A stretch of 29,112 bases of DNA, taken from IMG/VR virus record IMGVR_UViG_3300030508_000060, positions 1 through 29,112 of that record; one strand, written 5' to 3'. A program made the translations under genes and the position numbers. This stretch comes from a virus. Lineage: Duplodnaviria; Caudoviricetes. This document shows, piece by piece, positions 24,623 to 29,112 of the stretch. The stretch's first letter is position 1. Each line of letters starts with the position of its first letter. Below the pieces are notes generated by a model that did not search any database, had not been told where the DNA came from, and was given only the letters and a program-made list of their open reading frames with translations.

Positions 24623-25371
24623 TGCCTACTCAATCATCTATTTATTTTTCGCTAAAGAAGCTGAATCCCGTCTATGACGCCGATTTGGCGCGGCAGCGGT
24701 CGGTAGCATTCGCCGCAAGCCAGACGATTGCCCGAGGCACGATCCTTGGCGAGTTGGCTGGTACAAACGCTGTGCAGACAGTGACCCTTGGTAGTGGAAA
24801 CACTGGCGGTACGTTTACCCTGACGTATGGCGGGCAGACTACAAGCGCCATTGCATATAACGCGCTTGGTTCGGCTGTGCAGACTGCTTTTACCGCTCTT
24901 AGCAATGTTGGCACTGGTAATGTCACAGTCACAGGCTCTGCGGGCGGCCCTTACACGATCACTTTCATCGAGTCTCTTGGCAACCAGGCCGTTACTGCCG
25001 TAACTGGCGCCGGATCGCTAACTGGTGGGACTAACACGGTAACTATTGCTCAGACCACAGCTGGCGTAAATGTACCGGCGGGGACATTCAAGCCCTATGC
25101 TTCGGGCAACACCGACGGCAGCCAGACTGCAAAAGCAATTTCCGTGTACGATATTGCTACAGACTCGAACGGCAATATCTCGCTTGGTAGCAGCTCGGCA
25201 TCTTTGCCGCCGATTGCAGACGGTTTGACCACGACAACCGCTCCGGTTTATGTCAACGGTGTGTTTTACACATCCGACCTAACCGGCCTGGATTCAACGT
25301 CTATTTCGAGTCTCGGCGGCAAGTTCGAGACCGGAAACATATCTGACGGCGGCATTGTCCGCATTCCGTAA
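24622..25371 (+). CDS. Head decoration protein with inserted beta-rich domain
   Basis: IARGTILG ... FKPYASGNTDGSQTAKAI (lambda gpD-like) interrupted by a Gly/Thr-rich VQTVT..GGTFTLTYGGQTT.AIAYNA domain. Confidence 0.75.
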   Translation: MPTQSSIYFSLKKLNPVYDADLARQRSVAFAASQTIARGTILGELAGTNAVQTVTLGSGNTGGTFTLTYGGQTTSAIAYNALGSAVQTAFTALSNVGTGNVTVTGSAGGPYTITFIESLGNQAVTAVTGAGSLTGGTNTVTIAQTTAGVNVPAGTFKPYASGNTDGSQTAKAISVYDIATDSNGNISLGSSSASLPPIADGLTTTTAPVYVNGVFYTSDLTGLDSTSISSLGGKFETGNISDGGIVRIP

Positions 25372-25398
25372 CCCTGACAAGGGAGAAAGGGCACTACA

Positions 25399-26460
25399 AT
25401 GCCTATAGTTGGTACATACACATACCCTACGGCTGCGGAACTGCGAGCGATTGCTCAAGACCTGCTGCCGCGTTTAGAGGCGGATCGGCCTATCTTTGAT
25501 GTTTTGCCGATCACTACCCGCAACGAAGCTAAGCTAATCTGGGAGCAGCTCGAAAACTTCCAGGGCTTGCAGAAGTATCGTGGCTATAACGGTTCGCCGC
25601 AGAAGCTCGACCAGGTCGGAATCAATCAGTTCGAGGTGACTCCCGGCGTTTACGGCGAGTATGTCGAATTAGACGAGTATCGCCTGTCGGTATCCCGCGC
25701 AGAAGGTCGATTTGGCGCGTCTGTTGACGTGTCGGAGTTGATCACAGAGCAACTGGTACGATTGCTTCAGCGTCGACTTGACCGCATCGAGTCTATTGGC
25801 TGGAACGTCCTTCAGGGCACGTATTCGGTCAGCACTGGTGGTACGCCGACTTCAACTGGCGGCGTTGTCATAACGGATTCGTATAACGTGCAGACATACA
25901 GCGCGGCTACGACGTGGGGTACATTGGCATCGGCTACACCGTTCTGGGACTTCAGTCAGGTCAAGCTCAAGCATCGAGGCCACAGCGTAAACTTTGGCAC
26001 TGGTGCGAAGGCTTACATGAACATGAAGACGGCCAACAATCTTATCAACAACTCAAACAGTAGCGACTTGTTCGGTCGCCGCGTAGAGTTTGGTGGCGCG
26101 GCAATCACGTTCAACAACCTCGAGTTGGTTAACCAGGTCTTGTCTGCGAATGGCGCACCTACAATCGTTGAGTATGACAAGGGTTATTTGTCGGACGGAA
26201 CAGACGGACATGCAGCTGGTACGTATGTGCCTTATATCCCTGACAACACCGTAATCGTGGTCGGTAAACGTCCGGGCGGTCAGATGGTCGGTGAGTACCG
26301 CATGGTACGCAACGCCAACAACCCGAACGACGCTCCCGGCGCGTATACGCATGTCATCGTACCGAAGGATCACCTTCCGGTATCCATCCAGGTTCACGAT
26401 GGTCACAACGGCGGCCCGGTCATTCAGTATCCGTCTTCCGTCGTTGTTATGAGCGTTTAA
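25399..26460 (+). CDS. Major capsid protein (lambda gpE-like)
   Basis: 353 aa after the decoration gene; W.....TPF.D, IVEYD..Y, PYIPDNTV, GGPVI..P; followed by a terminator. Confidence 0.85.
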   Translation: MPIVGTYTYPTAAELRAIAQDLLPRLEADRPIFDVLPITTRNEAKLIWEQLENFQGLQKYRGYNGSPQKLDQVGINQFEVTPGVYGEYVELDEYRLSVSRAEGRFGASVDVSELITEQLVRLLQRRLDRIESIGWNVLQGTYSVSTGGTPTSTGGVVITDSYNVQTYSAATTWGTLASATPFWDFSQVKLKHRGHSVNFGTGAKAYMNMKTANNLINNSNSSDLFGRRVEFGGAAITFNNLELVNQVLSANGAPTIVEYDKGYLSDGTDGHAAGTYVPYIPDNTVIVVGKRPGGQMVGEYRMVRNANNPNDAPGAYTHVIVPKDHLPVSIQVHDGHNGGPVIQYPSSVVVMSV

Positions 26461-26485
26461 CGTTCTCTTCTCCTCTCTATAATTA

Positions 26486-26515
26486 GTCGGGGCGAACCCT
26501 CCCCGACACTCTTTT
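26486..26515 (+). terminator. Intrinsic terminator after the capsid gene
   Basis: GTCGGGG-cgaaccct-CCCCGAC then ACTCTTTT. Confidence 0.6.
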
Positions 26516-26526
26516 GGAGTTACATT

Positions 26527-26958
26527 ATGGGACAAGTCGGATTGACTGAAACCGAATCAGTGGCGCAGATACAAGCCGACCTGTTGCTTTCTTTGTCTGA
26601 TTCTAACGCCGCCATTGTTACGGCGTACTGGCAAGTTCCCAACCTGTGGGCATCCTTTGCAGACAAAGCGTCTGTTTACCCACGCTTGCAATATTACTAT
26701 ACTCGCCGAGCCGCTGCTCAGCAGCTCGAAGGCGCGTTGCGTCCGCTTATCGATACTGAAGCGTTAGACCAAAGCGCGAAACTCAACCAGCAATTTACCG
26801 CTGCAGTTACGATTAGACGGCAGGCATCCGAAGAGATTATGCGACTTGAAGCGATTGCAAGAGCTTCACGCGCCCCAGCCGTCGGTCAAATGACTACAAC
26901 GGAAGTAAAACCTTTACGCTCGACCGGCGCATTTTCGCGATTACCGTACCCTTGGTAA
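26527..26958 (+). CDS. Putative head-tail adaptor
   Basis: GGAG RBS; helical 143-aa protein directly after the capsid gene (synteny only). Confidence 0.55.
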   Translation: MGQVGLTETESVAQIQADLLLSLSDSNAAIVTAYWQVPNLWASFADKASVYPRLQYYYTRRAAAQQLEGALRPLIDTEALDQSAKLNQQFTAAVTIRRQASEEIMRLEAIARASRAPAVGQMTTTEVKPLRSTGAFSRLPYPW

Positions 26959-26962
26959 ACCT

Positions 26963-27448
26963 ATGAGCACTATTATCGGTGAAGCGTTTAACCAGGCTAT
27001 GGCGGCGTTCAGCGAAGTCATGGGGCAAACATTCGACTGGCTAACTGCCCCGAGCGAACCACAAACAGGAATAGCCTGCACACGGAAGCAGCTTGAACGC
27101 TCGGAAATGAACGATTTTGTGGCAGGACTTGCCGCCGATGTCGGGAACGCGGCGAACGCCGATTTTTGGATTATTCGATGCAACCCGCTGGCCTTCAATG
27201 CTGGAGCCGGGCCATTTCCACGAGAGGGCGATGAAGTTTCGTGGGATGACGCCGGTATTAGCGCACTGAAGAAGTGGAGAGTTGTAGACGCTGGAAACCC
27301 GCCGGTATATGGATCGTTGGCGTCTATTCGATTGCTTGTATTTAGGGAGGTGGCTCCACAATCGGCTCAGTTGCAAAGTTCCGGCGAGGCGAACCCGGGT
27401 AAACGCCCTCAATTCCCAGTACCAGCCAGTCAGATACAACCATCATAG
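26963..27448 (+). CDS. Putative head closure/stopper protein
   Basis: Synteny; P.EGD.V.W.......WRVV beta motif. Confidence 0.55.
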   Translation: MSTIIGEAFNQAMAAFSEVMGQTFDWLTAPSEPQTGIACTRKQLERSEMNDFVAGLAADVGNAANADFWIIRCNPLAFNAGAGPFPREGDEVSWDDAGISALKKWRVVDAGNPPVYGSLASIRLLVFREVAPQSAQLQSSGEANPGKRPQFPVPASQIQPS

Positions 27449-27459
27449 GAGTAGCGATC

Positions 27460-27690
27460 ATGTATATATGCCCAGTGTGCGGCCAACGGTTTCAGGAGCC
27501 GCCAGCTACCGGTTTTTGTGGCAGATGCCACGCAAAAGTAACGATACCTGCATCGGCATCAACTGAAACGACAGAGAGTACACAGGCGCAGAATCTAATG
27601 CAGGTCGCAATACAGCAGGTCGAATCGGCGTTGCATACATTAGAGAGCCAGGATGTCGCAAACAATAACGTTGTCAATCAGCCTGGTTAA
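27460..27690 (+). CDS. Small Zn-ribbon protein
   Basis: CPVC...CGRC; AGGAG RBS. Confidence 0.55.
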   Translation: MYICPVCGQRFQEPPATGFCGRCHAKVTIPASASTETTESTQAQNLMQVAIQQVESALHTLESQDVANNNVVNQPG

Positions 27691-28174
27691 TCCGGGAGCG
27701 CTTAACGCATCCGATCTAACAGCGCTGTTAGAAGAACTGGGTGATTTGACTCCGGTACTTGAGGAAGTCGTAGCGCCTGCATTGCAGCAACAGGAACAAG
27801 AGGCGTTCCAAACTCAAGGCGTTTCAATAGGCTCACCGTGGGCAGACAACGACCCGCGATGGGTTCAGTGGAAAAGTGAACACGGGTATTCGACCGAACT
27901 TTTGCATATGACCGGTGCGCTGGCTGCTTCTATAGGTCAAAGTGGCGAGATAACGTCTAATTCTGCTCTGATAGGCACAAATATACCTTATGCTGAAAAG
28001 TTGCAGGAAGGTTTTAGCGGTCGTGCTCCAGACGGCATATTTCGGCATGTACCGCCTAGAATCTACATGGATTTAACTTCTGGTGACGCGCAGGATATAG
28101 CCGACAAAGTCGCAGAGTTTATAGCCTCTCGCGCAGGCATACCTACCGAAGAAATACTCGTGAGCGTATCGTAA
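27653..28174 (+). CDS. Virion morphogenesis protein (Mu gpG/P2 gpS-like)
   Basis: F.TQG.....W, LL..TG.L..SI, IGTNIPYA..LQEG, VPPR.YM. Confidence 0.8.
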   Translation: MSQTITLSISLVNPGALNASDLTALLEELGDLTPVLEEVVAPALQQQEQEAFQTQGVSIGSPWADNDPRWVQWKSEHGYSTELLHMTGALAASIGQSGEITSNSALIGTNIPYAEKLQEGFSGRAPDGIFRHVPPRIYMDLTSGDAQDIADKVAEFIASRAGIPTEEILVSVS

Positions 28175-28785
28175 TGTCAAATACGTCTACTCTGTACCCG
28201 TTTAGGCAAGCTCTCAAAGGCGCATTGCGCGGCTTGATACTGACATCGGCAGTACCGCTCATAAATGCGGCACTTACGGCTAATCTAACCGGTAACGTAA
28301 ACACGGCGTTAGGAGCAACGATACCGCAGTTTGGCGATGCTACCGTGGTGACGGGAGAGCAGTCCTATGTAGACCAGGAGTGCATTATAACCGTTGAAAC
28401 AGTAGCGGAGACATACGGCGCAATCTCAAACGATCATTACGGAGTTGATTTTACATCGAGCATAAAGTTAAAAGCACCACTTGTCGGAGACAACGCGCCG
28501 GAGGATTATGCGCTCATAGGTGATATTGTCATTGACAACCTGCGCGATGTATTTATGACGGCTGCAAGCAATGTCATAACCCCGCAGAATAGCAGCGGGC
28601 AAGCGTTATTACCCAACGGCGGGACATTTTACCTTTGCAGGATCGTGCGCTGCATCGGGCCTATGATCAAGACGGCAGCAGCGGCCGGAACGCACACGCG
28701 AGGCGGCCAAGAGTGGTGGCAGTGGGAGATTACCCACGTTGCGCGAACAGACTTCTATTTGGGTAGACCGTTAACCTACCCGTAA
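28174..28785 (+). CDS. Putative tail terminator protein
   Basis: Synteny between the gpG-like gene and the tail tube; TAATG coupling. Confidence 0.5.
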   Translation: MSNTSTLYPFRQALKGALRGLILTSAVPLINAALTANLTGNVNTALGATIPQFGDATVVTGEQSYVDQECIITVETVAETYGAISNDHYGVDFTSSIKLKAPLVGDNAPEDYALIGDIVIDNLRDVFMTAASNVITPQNSSGQALLPNGGTFYLCRIVRCIGPMIKTAAAAGTHTRGGQEWWQWEITHVARTDFYLGRPLTYP

Positions 28786-28805
28786 ACCCGAAAGGATATT
28801 CCCAC

Positions 28806-29112
28806 ATGTCAACTCCTTATTTTACATCCGGCGTCGGTCGCCCTGGTATGGATGGTTACGCACTGCTGCAGCTTGATAATGGCGGCTCACCGTCTACGGT
28901 ATTTAACCCGCCTACGTCGAGCATTACGCACCGAAAGGGCTTTGCTCCTGCATACCCGCAGTTGGTTGATGCAAGCCAGGTTGCGCATAACCGCGCCTTA
29001 GGGCAGGCGCAAGGTGATTTACGGCTTCGCGGTCCGGTGCAGATTGACCGGAACTTTCAGTACATGATAGCGAACGGCTTCGGGCCGCGTTCAACCAGTT
29101 TGACTAGTCCTA
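28806..29112 (+). CDS. Putative major tail protein, 5' part (runs off the window)
   Basis: AAAGGA RBS; open frame MSTPYFTSGVGRPGMDGYALLQLDNGG... to the window end; synteny. Confidence 0.55.
   Translation, partial: MSTPYFTSGVGRPGMDGYALLQLDNGGSPSTVFNPPTSSITHRKGFAPAYPQLVDASQVAHNRALGQAQGDLRLRGPVQIDRNFQYMIANGFGPRSTSLTSP

Noticed and set aside
1-29112. tRNA, rRNA or recognisable riboswitch genes
   Set aside because: No cloverleaf or known conserved RNA motif recognised by eye; a covariance search was not possible.

Overview
This window is about two-thirds of a temperate tailed phage (siphovirus-like, lambda/Mu-type head module). It appears to be in its excised or virion configuration, because an intact attP-like site lies internally. 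Gene order: putative lysis cassette (NlpC/P60 endolysin), metallophosphoesterase and DUF4406-DUF6378 fusion, attP, large serine integrase / ImmA-like / repressor (minus strand), a genetic switch with five 15-bp operators, small early genes, SSB-like, SpoVG-like, Prim-Pol/SF3 helicase, iteron-rich origin, SF2 helicase, PD-(D/E)XK nuclease, then TerS, TerL, portal, protease/scaffold, decoration, major capsid, neck genes and the start of the tail. The most striking feature is a 1152-bp IS200/IS605-family element (17292-18443) whose two ends can be read base by base (TCAC cleavage sites, GAAG guides, subterminal hairpins). It has an intact TnpA and no TnpB. Instead it carries two small passenger genes under a consensus promoter with an operator-like palindrome, and it sits in the stop codon of a phage HTH gene without disrupting it. 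All family assignments come from motif recognition by eye; no searches were run.
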